Source: a virus (lineage: Duplodnaviria > Caudoviricetes). Taken from it: a stretch of DNA of 64,000 bases. Below the pieces are notes generated by a model. It was not told the DNA's origin. It did no database searches and saw only the letters and a program-made list of their open reading frames with translations. This document shows positions 1-9,793 of this stretch, piece after piece (positions within the stretch are counted from its first letter, which is position 1; each line of letters opens with the position of its first letter). Location: IMG/VR virus record IMGVR_UViG_3300044645_001661; one strand, 5' to 3'. A program made the translations under genes and the position numbers.

Positions 1-1
1 T

Positions 2-340
2 ATTGTAAGAGAACAACTTCCAGATCAAATGATTTGGATTCAGTCTTGGTTAAACTATCAAAGTTATAATGAAGTTTTACCTTGGCATAATCATACTTCA
101 AGTTGGCATGGGTACATATCAATAGAACCTCAAGATACTGTAACTGAATTTGAGAATTGGTCCATCGAAAATGAATGTGGAAATATTTACTTTGGTCCTG
201 GTGGATATTTACATCGTGTAGTTAATAAGTCAAATTATAAAGGAAAGAGAATTACGATAGGTTTTGACATTATTTTAGAAGAAGATTATAATGGCATTAT
301 ACTACCTACAGAAAATTTTGGTGCAATCCCATTACTATAA
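2..340 (+). CDS. Putative 2OG-Fe(II) oxygenase-like protein (probably 5'-truncated by window edge)
   Basis: Frame is open from position 2 through the ATG at 29; HNH...HRV...RITIGFD pattern of cyanophage double-stranded beta-helix oxygenases. Confidence 0.55.
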   Translation: MVREQLPDQMIWIQSWLNYQSYNEVLPWHNHTSSWHGYISIEPQDTVTEFENWSIENECGNIYFGPGGYLHRVVNKSNYKGKRITIGFDIILEEDYNGIILPTENFGAIPLL

Positions 341-1026
341 TGTTTGAAGTTAATAGTGAATTAAAAGTAAAAATAGAAAAAGTAAAAGATATTACTTGGG
401 AATCTATATCTGATGGTGTTGTAAAATATAGTTCAGATACAGTTGAAAAAATGGTTTTTATAATCGATGATTTTTATAAAAATCCAGATGAGATACGGGA
501 TTGTGCAATAAAATCAAAAACTTATACTGATAAAGAACGTCTTGCTGGTGCTATTGGTAGACGGGTATGGGATGAAGAATTTGAAATAATGAATCAATTA
601 AATATTAATCTTTGTCCAGTTTTTGAACAATTATGTTTATATCCAAAATGGCATATTGAATTTGATAAAGAACATCATTACAATAAATGGCAATATATGA
701 GATTTGTTGTTAATGTTACTAGTAATAAGGAAATTGTTAATTCTGGTAGAGATTGGAAAACTATATGTCATGTTGATGGTCCATATAATAAATGGGCAGC
801 ATTAGTATTTTTGAATAAAGAAAATGAGTGTGAAGGTGGTACTAGTTTTTATTCTGTAAGTATTCCAAATTCTGATGGAACTACAAATTCACCAAAATTA
901 GAATATACATGTGATATGAAATATAATAGATGTATCTTGTATGACGCAAATCAAATACATGGTGCAGTGATGGAACCACATATGTTTAAAACATGTGATC
1001 GTTTAACTCAAATAATGTTTTTTTAA
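340..1026 (+). CDS. 2OG-Fe(II) oxygenase-like protein (DUF6445-like)
   Basis: HVD...HGA...RLTQIMF; IIDDFYKNPD motif resembles the protein at 15863-16348. Confidence 0.6.
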   Translation: MFEVNSELKVKIEKVKDITWESISDGVVKYSSDTVEKMVFIIDDFYKNPDEIRDCAIKSKTYTDKERLAGAIGRRVWDEEFEIMNQLNINLCPVFEQLCLYPKWHIEFDKEHHYNKWQYMRFVVNVTSNKEIVNSGRDWKTICHVDGPYNKWAALVFLNKENECEGGTSFYSVSIPNSDGTTNSPKLEYTCDMKYNRCILYDANQIHGAVMEPHMFKTCDRLTQIMFF

Positions 1027-1092
1027 TCTTCTAAATAAAATTGAATCGTGCTATAATTATAGCAATATTAATTACACTGAGGTTGACTGTAA

Positions 1093-2229
1093 ATGAGATC
1101 CAAGGCATTTTTTATAAATGGTGGAGCTGGCAGAGTGATTTGCTCCATCCCTGCATTTGAAAAATACGCAGAAACTCATGACGATTTTGTTATAGTTTGT
1201 GAAGGGGGAACTGATTTTTATAAAGGACATCCAATTCTGCACAAATATGTTTTTGATAATTGGCATAAAGGTCTATTCGAAAAAGAAATTAAACATAGAG
1301 ATTGTATAACTCCAGAGCCATATCGATCTTGGCATTATTACAATCAGAAGTGTAATCTTGCTCAAGCATTTGATGTTATCATTAATGAATTGGATGAACC
1401 GAGAGAAATTGGTGATCCAACAATTCATTTAAATAAAATGGAACTTCTTGCTGGTTATAATTCTGTGGAAGAAATTAAAGCAGGAACTGGTAAGGATAAA
1501 GTTTTAGTTGTACAACCTTTTGGTAGATCTGTTGAACAAGTCGGGGCAGATTTTATTGCAGATCCAACATCTCGTAGTTTTTCTCTCAATAATATTGTAG
1601 AAATTATTAACGAACTTAAAAAAGATTATGCAATTATTATTATGAGTGAGATTCATTTTCCTCTTGAAGAAAATGAAGAAAAATCTAAATATCGTGTCGC
1701 AAGACCACAAATTACAGATATGAGAATGTGGGCAAGTATTATCAATGCTTCAGATCACTTCCTGGGTTGTGATAGTATGGGGCAACATATTGCTAAAGCA
1801 TTTGGTAAAACTGCTACTGTTGTTTTGGGATCAACATATCCAGAAAATATTTCATATCCAAATTCAAAGGATTTTAATATTATTGATGCTGGATTAGATA
1901 GGAGAAAATATAGCCCTATTCGTATCTCTATTGATGAAGAAATTGATCGATATAATGATGAAGCAATGGAGTTGAATAAGCAAAAAATACAAGAAGTTAT
2001 TTCTTCTGTTAAAAAAAGTTTAGGTAAATCTGTTGCTTATACTGGAAATTGGAAACCATCTAATGCAGCACAAAGTTCTTGTTGTCCAACTACTCAAAAT
2101 GCTCTTCCTATGGCACCAGAAATAAAGGCACCCTCTACTCCAGTATTGATGCCAAAAGAAAATAAAGGATTTGGTGGAAAAGAATCATTAGATAAAGAAA
2201 TTAATAACATTTTAAAAAAACTTAAGTGA
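1093..2229 (+). CDS. GT-B glycosyltransferase, GT9/heptosyltransferase-like
   Basis: N-terminal GGAGRVICSIP; C-terminal lobe LVVQPFG...FLGCDSMGQHIAKAFGK matches the GT9 DSG/H pattern. Confidence 0.65.
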   Translation: MRSKAFFINGGAGRVICSIPAFEKYAETHDDFVIVCEGGTDFYKGHPILHKYVFDNWHKGLFEKEIKHRDCITPEPYRSWHYYNQKCNLAQAFDVIINELDEPREIGDPTIHLNKMELLAGYNSVEEIKAGTGKDKVLVVQPFGRSVEQVGADFIADPTSRSFSLNNIVEIINELKKDYAIIIMSEIHFPLEENEEKSKYRVARPQITDMRMWASIINASDHFLGCDSMGQHIAKAFGKTATVVLGSTYPENISYPNSKDFNIIDAGLDRRKYSPIRISIDEEIDRYNDEAMELNKQKIQEVISSVKKSLGKSVAYTGNWKPSNAAQSSCCPTTQNALPMAPEIKAPSTPVLMPKENKGFGGKESLDKEINNILKKLK

Positions 2230-2239
2230 GGTATAATAA

Positions 2240-4042
2240 ATGACACAATGGATTGCTGCTATTGCTAGAGGGCATAACTCTGGGGTTTGTCTTCTTAAAG
2301 ATGGTGAATTAGTTTTATCTATTGAGGAAGAGCGTTTATCTAGGGCAAAATATGATGGTGGACCATTGGCGTCAATGGTTAAAATTCTTGAATATACTGA
2401 TAAACTTGATTATTTGGTAATCGCACATACACAACCTTTAAGTGACGCTGGAAGAATTGATTTTTCTGGTGATGATATCTATACTGGTCTTGCAAGAAAA
2501 CTTGGATTAATTGATAGAAATCAAGATAATTATAATCATCCTCAAGTTATAGATTTAAGTAGAAATCATCATAAACTTCATGCTGCATGTGCATTTTATC
2601 GTTCTGGATTTGAAAGTGCAGTATCATTAGTTGTTGATGGTGCTGGAACTTTTATTCCAATGCAAATTGGGCGAAATCAAGAAATGACCTGGGAACTTGA
2701 ATCTATTTTTAGTTGTGAATATCCAGCGTTATTCAAAACTCTTTATAAGCATCAATCTGGAAGAGGTCCTTGGGCATCTGTAAGAATACCCGAAATGCCT
2801 AGTGATACTGAAGGTGAAGACGGAACACATGAATTAGTTCTTGATGATAGTGCTGGTATTACAAAAGCATATGAAGCAGCAACACAATATTGTGGTTGGC
2901 CTCCCATTGAAGCAGGTAAAACTATGGGATTATTCCCTTATGGAAAACCAAATGATAATATTCCTGCAATTTATACTGATGGTAATGGTGGTAGTTGGAA
3001 GACTTCTGATCGAAATGTTATTATTCCAACCTATCCTAACGGTGCATTAGTTAATGAAGGTAGATATGAATTTCTTAGAACACCAGAAGAATTTGATGAT
3101 CTAACACTTCTTGAGAATCGTCGTGATATGGCATATGCTATTCAAACACAATCACAACAAATGGTTCTTGATTTAATTCGTAAAGCAGTTGAAATGACTG
3201 GAAATAATAATGTCGTTATTTCTGGTGGATATGGTCTTAATTGTGTTGCAAACTATTGGTATCTTGAGCAACTTAAAGATGAAAACATTAATCTTTATGT
3301 TGAACCAGTAAGTAATGATGCTGGAACTGCAATTGGTGCTGCATTAATATGGCATCATAAAGTCAATGAAGATAATAATGTAAAAGAAAAAATTCAAAAT
3401 CTTTATACTGGACCTAGTTATAATTACAGTAATCAAGAGATTAATTTAGTCTCGGAAAAATATAATGCGACGGAAGTAACATCTGCATCTTATGAAGATG
3501 TTATTGAGTTAATCATGGATAAAAATATTGTCGCAGTATTCCAGGGAAGGTCGGAAGCTGGTCCTAGAGCACTTGGTAATAGATCCATTCTTTATGATCC
3601 AAGAGATCCAAATGGTAAAGATCATGTAAATCGTATTAAGAGAAGAGAATACTTTAGACCTTTTGCTGGATCTATTCTTCATGAGCATGTTCATGATTGG
3701 TTTGATCTTCGTGGTATGGAAGATTCTCCCTTCATGATGTATGCTGTAAATTGTAAAGAAGGTATAGAAGAAAAAATTCCTGCAATTATTCATGTTGATG
3801 GAACTTGTAGAATTCAAACTGTTACTCAAGAACAGAATTTGCATTACTATAATTTAATCAATACCTTCTACGAAAAAACTGGTTGTCCTATTATTTTTAA
3901 TACATCATTTAATCTTGGTGGAGAACCTCTGGTTGAAACTCTTGATGATGCTGTAAGAACTCTTGCTAATAGTTTAATTGAATATCTGTATTTGCCAGAA
4001 TACAATACTTTAATTTACGTTAAAAATCAGGAGGATGAATGA
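2240..4042 (+). CDS. Carbamoyltransferase (NodU/CmcH/TobZ family), copy 1
   Basis: HNSG, EEERLSRAK, HHKLHA, VVDGAG, GKTMGL, SGGYGLNC, NDAG, GPRALGNRSIL, KRREYFRPFA, HVDGTCRIQT, NTSFN. Confidence 0.93.
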   Translation: MTQWIAAIARGHNSGVCLLKDGELVLSIEEERLSRAKYDGGPLASMVKILEYTDKLDYLVIAHTQPLSDAGRIDFSGDDIYTGLARKLGLIDRNQDNYNHPQVIDLSRNHHKLHAACAFYRSGFESAVSLVVDGAGTFIPMQIGRNQEMTWELESIFSCEYPALFKTLYKHQSGRGPWASVRIPEMPSDTEGEDGTHELVLDDSAGITKAYEAATQYCGWPPIEAGKTMGLFPYGKPNDNIPAIYTDGNGGSWKTSDRNVIIPTYPNGALVNEGRYEFLRTPEEFDDLTLLENRRDMAYAIQTQSQQMVLDLIRKAVEMTGNNNVVISGGYGLNCVANYWYLEQLKDENINLYVEPVSNDAGTAIGAALIWHHKVNEDNNVKEKIQNLYTGPSYNYSNQEINLVSEKYNATEVTSASYEDVIELIMDKNIVAVFQGRSEAGPRALGNRSILYDPRDPNGKDHVNRIKRREYFRPFAGSILHEHVHDWFDLRGMEDSPFMMYAVNCKEGIEEKIPAIIHVDGTCRIQTVTQEQNLHYYNLINTFYEKTGCPIIFNTSFNLGGEPLVETLDDAVRTLANSLIEYLYLPEYNTLIYVKNQEDE

Positions 4043-5523
4043 AACCACTTCGTAGAATTGTAATAGTTGGGGGAGGAACTTCTGCTTGGTTGACTGCTGC
4101 GTTCCTCTTAAACAGAACTAGAAAATATTGTGAGATAGTTGTAATTGATAAAGAACAAGGTCAAACTGTTGGTGTTGGAGAAGCAACTGTTTTAAGTTTT
4201 AAACCATTTATGGAGGCATGTGGATTTCCAATTGAATCCTGGTTTAATCAAATAGATGCTACTTTTAAATCTGGAATTTTATTTGCAAATTGGCAAAAAG
4301 AAGGGGAAGATATTTGGCACCCATTTGCATTCCCAGCATATGATTGGGCTAATACAAACTTATTGAATATCTGGACTCAATGTAAAGATCTTGATTTTAA
4401 ATTGAATGCTACAGCATTATATCATCCTTCAGTGGATGAGAATAAAATAGATCCAACAAATCTACCCGCATATGCATACCATATTGATTGTGGTAAATTA
4501 GTTAAATTTATCCAAAATAAAATTATGGATAAAATAACTTTTGTTCAATCCGAGGTTGTTGATATTGTTAGAGATAATACTGGCAATGTCCAGTACTTAT
4601 TGTTAAGTGATGGACAAGAAATAGAATCTGATTTATTTGTTGATTGTACTGGATTTAAGAGATTAATTGGATCCAAACCAGATACTGTAAATCTTCGTGA
4701 TAGGTTGTTTTGTGATACTGCGGTTGCTGGGCATATTCCATATAATGATATTAAAAATGAAATGAGACCTTATGTAATATGTGATGCAGTTGAGCATGGA
4801 TGGATTTGGAATATTCCTGTTCAAACCAGAATTGGATCTGGGTTAGTTTTTAATAGATCTATTACAGACCCAGAAGAAGCAAAAGATTATTTTGTTAATT
4901 ATTGGGATAATAGAGTAGAACGTGAATCACTAAAAGTTATTGATTGGACTCCTTATTATCATAATAACTTTTGGGAAAATAATGTTGTATGTATTGGATT
5001 ATCTGCTGGATTTATTGAACCATTAGAAAGTACTGGTGTAGCATTAATTTGTGCTGGAGTAATTGGATTGGGAGAAGCACTTAAAGGATCTTCTTATAAT
5101 ATGCAAGACATTAATTTGTATAATTGTAAGATGAAATGTTTCTTTGAGAATGCTGTAGACTTTGTAAATATGCATTATTCTAGATCTCAAAAGAGTGGAA
5201 AATTCTGGGAGTGGGTTAAAGAAACTCATCAAATAACTGATACTCAAAAATATTATGAATTTGAACTTGAGCATAATCCATATCAAGTTCCTAATGATGG
5301 AGATTTTATGTTTGCTGGTGAAAATTGGAGTGTATGGTTATTTCAATTAATGGATGTAGAAAATATTTTATATAAAAATAATGGATTGTCCGAAATTCAA
5401 ACGAGACGAATAATTTCAGATTTTCGTAAAAATGAACTAGAAAAGCATAAAAATTCTGTGCTCCATTATAATTATGTTAAAGGTTATTCAACTATGATAA
5501 ATGACAATAAAAATAATAGATAA
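4039..5523 (+). CDS. Flavin-dependent (tryptophan-type) halogenase
   Basis: IVGGGTSAW FAD loop, GVGEAT, ATFKSGI (catalytic Lys), DCTGF, GWIWNIP, FIEPLESTG. Confidence 0.9.
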   Translation: MKPLRRIVIVGGGTSAWLTAAFLLNRTRKYCEIVVIDKEQGQTVGVGEATVLSFKPFMEACGFPIESWFNQIDATFKSGILFANWQKEGEDIWHPFAFPAYDWANTNLLNIWTQCKDLDFKLNATALYHPSVDENKIDPTNLPAYAYHIDCGKLVKFIQNKIMDKITFVQSEVVDIVRDNTGNVQYLLLSDGQEIESDLFVDCTGFKRLIGSKPDTVNLRDRLFCDTAVAGHIPYNDIKNEMRPYVICDAVEHGWIWNIPVQTRIGSGLVFNRSITDPEEAKDYFVNYWDNRVERESLKVIDWTPYYHNNFWENNVVCIGLSAGFIEPLESTGVALICAGVIGLGEALKGSSYNMQDINLYNCKMKCFFENAVDFVNMHYSRSQKSGKFWEWVKETHQITDTQKYYEFELEHNPYQVPNDGDFMFAGENWSVWLFQLMDVENILYKNNGLSEIQTRRIISDFRKNELEKHKNSVLHYNYVKGYSTMINDNKNNR

Positions 5524-5980
5524 TTTTTTAGAAAAACAATACTTCAATGAATTAGAAGATACTATACTTGGACCAATGTTTCCTTGGTTTTTTCAAAAAG
5601 GTATAGTATCACCGTATGATGGATATTCTCAATTTATTCATCTTTTTTATACTGATTATGAACCAAAAACAAAATATTTTGGATTGATATTTCCCATATT
5701 TGAAATTTTAGGTGCATCATCTGTTGTAAGATCTAAAGCTAATTTACTTATAAAAACTGACAATATAATTCAACATGATTTTCATTCGGATCATCCAGAT
5801 TGCACAACTGCTATTTTATATCTAAATACAAATAACGGAAAAACGATATTTGAGGATGGAACGGAAGTTGAAAGTATTGCCAATCGGTTAATCGTTTTTA
5901 ATTCTAATCAAAAACATACTGGTACAACTTGTACTGATGAATACAATAGAGTAGTAATTAATTTTAATTATCATGTCTAA
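5501..5980 (+). CDS. 2OG-Fe(II) oxygenase
   Basis: HSD...TAILYLN...HTG...RVVINFNY. Confidence 0.75.
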   Translation: MTIKIIDNFLEKQYFNELEDTILGPMFPWFFQKGIVSPYDGYSQFIHLFYTDYEPKTKYFGLIFPIFEILGASSVVRSKANLLIKTDNIIQHDFHSDHPDCTTAILYLNTNNGKTIFEDGTEVESIANRLIVFNSNQKHTGTTCTDEYNRVVINFNYHV

Positions 5981-6392
5981 AGAAATAACTAAAGTATTTG
6001 TAAACGGAACATTTGATCTTTTGCATAAAGGGCATATTGAAATGTTAAATTATGCAAAATCAAAAGGTGATATTTTATATGTTGCCATTGACACTGATCA
6101 AAGAGTCAAAGAAAAAAAAGGAGAATCAAGACCAATCAATAGTCAAAATGATAGGGCAGAATTTTTAATTAATTTAAAATCTGTTGATTATGTTGTTTTA
6201 TTCAATACCGATGAAGAATTGGAATATTTGGTTAAAAGTATAGAACCTGATATAATGGTTGTAGGTTCTGATTGGATTGGTAAAACTGTTATTGGATCTG
6301 AACACGCAAAGGAATTAAAATTTTTTAATAGATTAGATGGATACTCAACTACAGGCACAATTGAACGTATTATTAATAGGGGAGAAGTGTGA
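5973..6392 (+). CDS. hldC: Heptose-1-phosphate nucleotidyltransferase (RfaE domain II / HldC-like)
   Basis: NGTFDLLHKGH (HIGH motif), KGESRPIN, GSDW, GYSTT. Confidence 0.8.
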   Translation: MSKEITKVFVNGTFDLLHKGHIEMLNYAKSKGDILYVAIDTDQRVKEKKGESRPINSQNDRAEFLINLKSVDYVVLFNTDEELEYLVKSIEPDIMVVGSDWIGKTVIGSEHAKELKFFNRLDGYSTTGTIERIINRGEV

Positions 6393-7143
6393 AGATGAAT
6401 ATCTTTATGGTGATGTAGAACGCATCAGTCCAGAAGCTCCAGTACCAATACTTAAATATACTCACACAGAAATATATTCTGGAATGTCTTCTAATGTTAA
6501 AAATAATCTAGAGTCTTTTGGTATAAATGTAGTTCATATAACAAATAAAGAATCTATTAAAAAAACTAGAGTAGTTCATAATGGTAGTAAACAACAACTT
6601 CTAAGAATTGATAATGATGTAAAAGTATCTCCGATTAAACCCTCTGAGGTTCGGAGTGCTTTTTTGCATTTTTCATATGATGCAGTTGTTGTATCTGATT
6701 ATGATAAAGGTCTTCTTACAACTGATGACCTTAAAGTAATTTGTCAAAACTTTAATGGTCCCGTTTTTATTGATACTAAAAAACGAGATTTATTTACTGA
6801 AAAGAATGTAATTTTTAAAATAAATCAGAGAGAATATAATAACCTCATATCTTATCCAGAGGATGTACATTTAATTGTTACTATGGGTAGTGATGGAGTT
6901 AAATACTTGGGGTATACATATCCATCTGAAAAAGTAAATGTATTTGATGTTGTTGGTGCTGGTGATACCTTCTTAGCAGCATTTGTACACTCTTACTTGA
7001 CATGTAAAGAAGATAGGTTTAGATTTTCTGAATCTATTAAATATGCAAATAAAGCAGCAGCAATTGCTGTTCAACATTTTGGTACATATACATTATCAGA
7101 AGATGATATTAGGAGTTTAAATAATGGCAATATATTGCATTGA
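6337..7143 (+). CDS. hldA: PfkB-family heptose-7-phosphate kinase (RfaE domain I / HldA-like)
   Basis: RISPEAPVP, SDYDKG, DVVGAGDTF. Confidence 0.85.
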   Translation: MDTQLQAQLNVLLIGEKCEDEYLYGDVERISPEAPVPILKYTHTEIYSGMSSNVKNNLESFGINVVHITNKESIKKTRVVHNGSKQQLLRIDNDVKVSPIKPSEVRSAFLHFSYDAVVVSDYDKGLLTTDDLKVICQNFNGPVFIDTKKRDLFTEKNVIFKINQREYNNLISYPEDVHLIVTMGSDGVKYLGYTYPSEKVNVFDVVGAGDTFLAAFVHSYLTCKEDRFRFSESIKYANKAAAIAVQHFGTYTLSEDDIRSLNNGNILH

Positions 7144-7453
7144 TATTGATGGTACAATTTGTGAAAATGGAGCATGTAAAGTGTGTGCATATGAAGGAAG
7201 TATGCCTCATTTAGAACGAATTGAAAAAATTAATCAACTTTATGAAGATGGGCATACAATAAAATATTTTACCGCTAGGGGAATGGGTAGATACAATGAT
7301 GATGCTCAAAAGGCGAGGGATAAATTTTATAATTTAACTAAAATGCAATTAGAATTATGGGGATGTAAATACCATGAATTGATAATGGGTAAACCATCAG
7401 CAGACTACTATATAGATGATAAAGCAATAAAAGACAATGATTTCTTCAATTGA
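7124..7453 (+). CDS. Small HAD-superfamily phosphatase
   Basis: DIDGT motif I, FTARG motif II, GKPSADYYIDDKA motifs III/IV. Confidence 0.75.
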   Translation: MAIYCIDIDGTICENGACKVCAYEGSMPHLERIEKINQLYEDGHTIKYFTARGMGRYNDDAQKARDKFYNLTKMQLELWGCKYHELIMGKPSADYYIDDKAIKDNDFFN

Positions 7454-7790
7454 ATTTGTTCCTAAAGGATGGGGATTTGAAAAGTGGATCGTTAATAATG
7501 AACAATATTGTGGTAAACTTCTTTATTTTGTAAAGGGTAGAAAATGTTCTTGGCATTATCATAAGATAAAAGACGAAACATTTTATGTTCAATCTGGATT
7601 GTTAATACTTCATTATGGGTATGATGATGATATTAATCTAGCACAAAAAAGAACACTTAAAAAAGGAGAAAAATTTCACGTCCCAGTTGGACTTAGACAT
7701 AGAATGTATGCCCTAGAAGATACTGAATTATTTGAATTTTCTACTCAACATTTTGAAGAAGATAGTATTAGAATTATTAAGGGGGACTAA
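7437..7790 (+). CDS. Cupin-fold sugar(-phosphate) isomerase-like protein
   Basis: VPKGWG, CSWHYHKIKDETFY, HRMYALED, EFST. Confidence 0.7.
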   Translation: MISSIEFVPKGWGFEKWIVNNEQYCGKLLYFVKGRKCSWHYHKIKDETFYVQSGLLILHYGYDDDINLAQKRTLKKGEKFHVPVGLRHRMYALEDTELFEFSTQHFEEDSIRIIKGD

Positions 7791-8374
7791 TGGAACTGCA
7801 AGACTTGATTGTAGAATATCCTAATTTTATATCTGATGAATGTGCGGATAAAATACGTTCCTGGTTTTTAGAAAATGAACATCTTCATATAGATGGATCT
7901 GTGTCTGGATATGGAGAGTCTGGGTATCAAAATTATGTTAGATTGGATGTTAAAAAGGCAAAACAATCTAATCCACCACCAGATCACGAAATATCACATT
8001 TAATGACACAAATTATTTGTGATGTATATACTAATTACAGTAACATAAGACCTTCAGTAACAATGGATTATGTTTGCATTAAAGACTATTCTGTAAGAGT
8101 CTATGAAAAAAATAATGGGTATTTTGATTGTCATATTGATCAAGGTCCTGGTGGTAATGTAACTAGAACGTTTGCGGTAATAATATATTTAAATGATGTG
8201 GTGGAAGGTGGGGAGACAGAATTTCCACATTATGATATAAAAGTTAAACCAGAAAAAGGTAAAGTTTTAATATTTCCTTGTAACTATTTGTTTCCTCATA
8301 GTGGAAACACTCCAATATCTGGAGAAAAATATATTGCCACTGCTTTTATTAACTACAAAGAATTTTCATGTTAG
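7790..8374 (+). CDS. 2OG-Fe(II) oxygenase (prolyl 4-hydroxylase-like)
   Basis: HID, IYLNDVVEGGETEF, HSG, KYIATAF. Confidence 0.85.
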   Translation: MELQDLIVEYPNFISDECADKIRSWFLENEHLHIDGSVSGYGESGYQNYVRLDVKKAKQSNPPPDHEISHLMTQIICDVYTNYSNIRPSVTMDYVCIKDYSVRVYEKNNGYFDCHIDQGPGGNVTRTFAVIIYLNDVVEGGETEFPHYDIKVKPEKGKVLIFPCNYLFPHSGNTPISGEKYIATAFINYKEFSC

Positions 8375-8982
8375 AATATAATATAACTAAACCTTTTGGT
8401 CCTATCATTTTTGAATGTTTTTGCCCACAAAATGTGGTGGATAATTTTAATAATTTCATTGATAATATGGATCAAGAAACAAAAGAACTATGTTCCTCTA
8501 AGCATAGTAAAGTTCAAGGATTTCCTGATCTATTATCAAGAGGATTTGAGATTGTATATTTGACAAGTGATCAATTAGATACTATTGGATTTTCATCTTT
8601 TATTGCTAATGCTTCTGAAGAATATATGAAAGTTCATGGTGTGAATAGTGCGGATATATATTTTAACAATTCACATTTTTCAGAGTTATTTGTTGATGTT
8701 TGGGTTAATAGATATTTTCAAAATGACTATACACCACCACATGATCATGCTGGACATATATCTGGAATAACGATATTGGATTTACCAGAAGATTCGGATT
8801 GGTATGATTTACATAATTTGGAATTTATTTGGAATAATGAGCATCATAGACCTGAGCAGAAAATAGGAAAAACTTTTTTGTTTCCCAGTAACCTTATGCA
8901 TTGGGTTACTAAACAAAAAAGTCTTTTAGAAAGAAGGACTATTAGTTTTAATTTACTTGTAAATACTCAGCAACAGACTTGA
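8368..8982 (+). CDS. Putative 2OG-Fe(II) oxygenase (TIGR02466-like)
   Basis: WVN...PPHDH...FPSNLMHWV...RRTISFN. Confidence 0.7.
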   Translation: MLEYNITKPFGPIIFECFCPQNVVDNFNNFIDNMDQETKELCSSKHSKVQGFPDLLSRGFEIVYLTSDQLDTIGFSSFIANASEEYMKVHGVNSADIYFNNSHFSELFVDVWVNRYFQNDYTPPHDHAGHISGITILDLPEDSDWYDLHNLEFIWNNEHHRPEQKIGKTFLFPSNLMHWVTKQKSLLERRTISFNLLVNTQQQT

Positions 8983-9742
8983 AGTTATAATTTTTTAACC
9001 AACTCATATCTGCACAAGTATAAGTTTGATATTTACCAACTAAATGATCTGGGAAGGGAATGGTATTAATTTTACCATTCTCTTTTTTTGCAACTAATTC
9101 TGCAACCTCTTGGAATGAAATTGGATTTCCTGTGCCAATGTCATAAATTCCACTTGGTGCATCATTGTTTAAAACAATATCAACAATATCATCAACACAA
9201 ACAAAGTCACGAAGAAATTTGTCTGATCCTTCAAATAAATTAAGTTCTCCAGTTTCTCTAATTTCTTTGGTGAATTTACTAACTGGACTTGCTTGATTTC
9301 CTTTATGATCTTCTCCATCACCGTACACATTAAAATAACGGAATCCCTGAATCAATTGGAATTGGTCTAAGTTATCTAATACACAATAATCAATTTGAAG
9401 TTTTGAAATTGCGTATTGATTTAATGGATTAATCTGCCCATTAGTGTTTCCGTATACTGATGCTGAAGATGCATATTTTACTGGAATTTTATATTCGATT
9501 GCTTTATTAAATAAGGCACAAGAAAATGCTACATTATAATGCCATAATTTTTGTAGATTTTTTTCTGTGGTCGATGATATTGCACCTTGATGTATGATAA
9601 GACTTACTTTGTCCCAATCTTCAAATTCTCTTAATAATCTCCAAGAATCTTCTTGATCTATTAATAGTATGTCTTCATTTGTACTGATTTTATTTACAAA
9701 ATGTTGACCAATAAAACCAGATGATCCTGTAAGTATAATCAT
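8948..9742 (-). CDS. hldD: ADP-L-glycero-D-manno-heptose 6-epimerase-like extended SDR
   Basis: TGSSGFIG, HQGAISSTTE, YASSASVYG, YAISK (YxxxK), FRYFNVYG, RDFVCVDD, YQTYTCAD; GGAG SD upstream. Confidence 0.85.
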   Translation of the reverse strand: MIILTGSSGFIGQHFVNKISTNEDILLIDQEDSWRLLREFEDWDKVSLIIHQGAISSTTEKNLQKLWHYNVAFSCALFNKAIEYKIPVKYASSASVYGNTNGQINPLNQYAISKLQIDYCVLDNLDQFQLIQGFRYFNVYGDGEDHKGNQASPVSKFTKEIRETGELNLFEGSDKFLRDFVCVDDIVDIVLNNDAPSGIYDIGTGNPISFQEVAELVAKKENGKINTIPFPDHLVGKYQTYTCADMSWLKNYNFKSVAEYLQVN

Positions 9743-9793
9743 AATTCTCCTATTATAATAAATAATAACATAAAAAAGACTAAAAGTATATCA

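Noticed and set aside
6337-6392. 56-nt overlap of hldC and hldA as a possible frameshift fusion recreating HldE
   Set aside because: No clear slippery heptamer or stimulatory hairpin found; both ORFs are complete, and the order is opposite to HldE.
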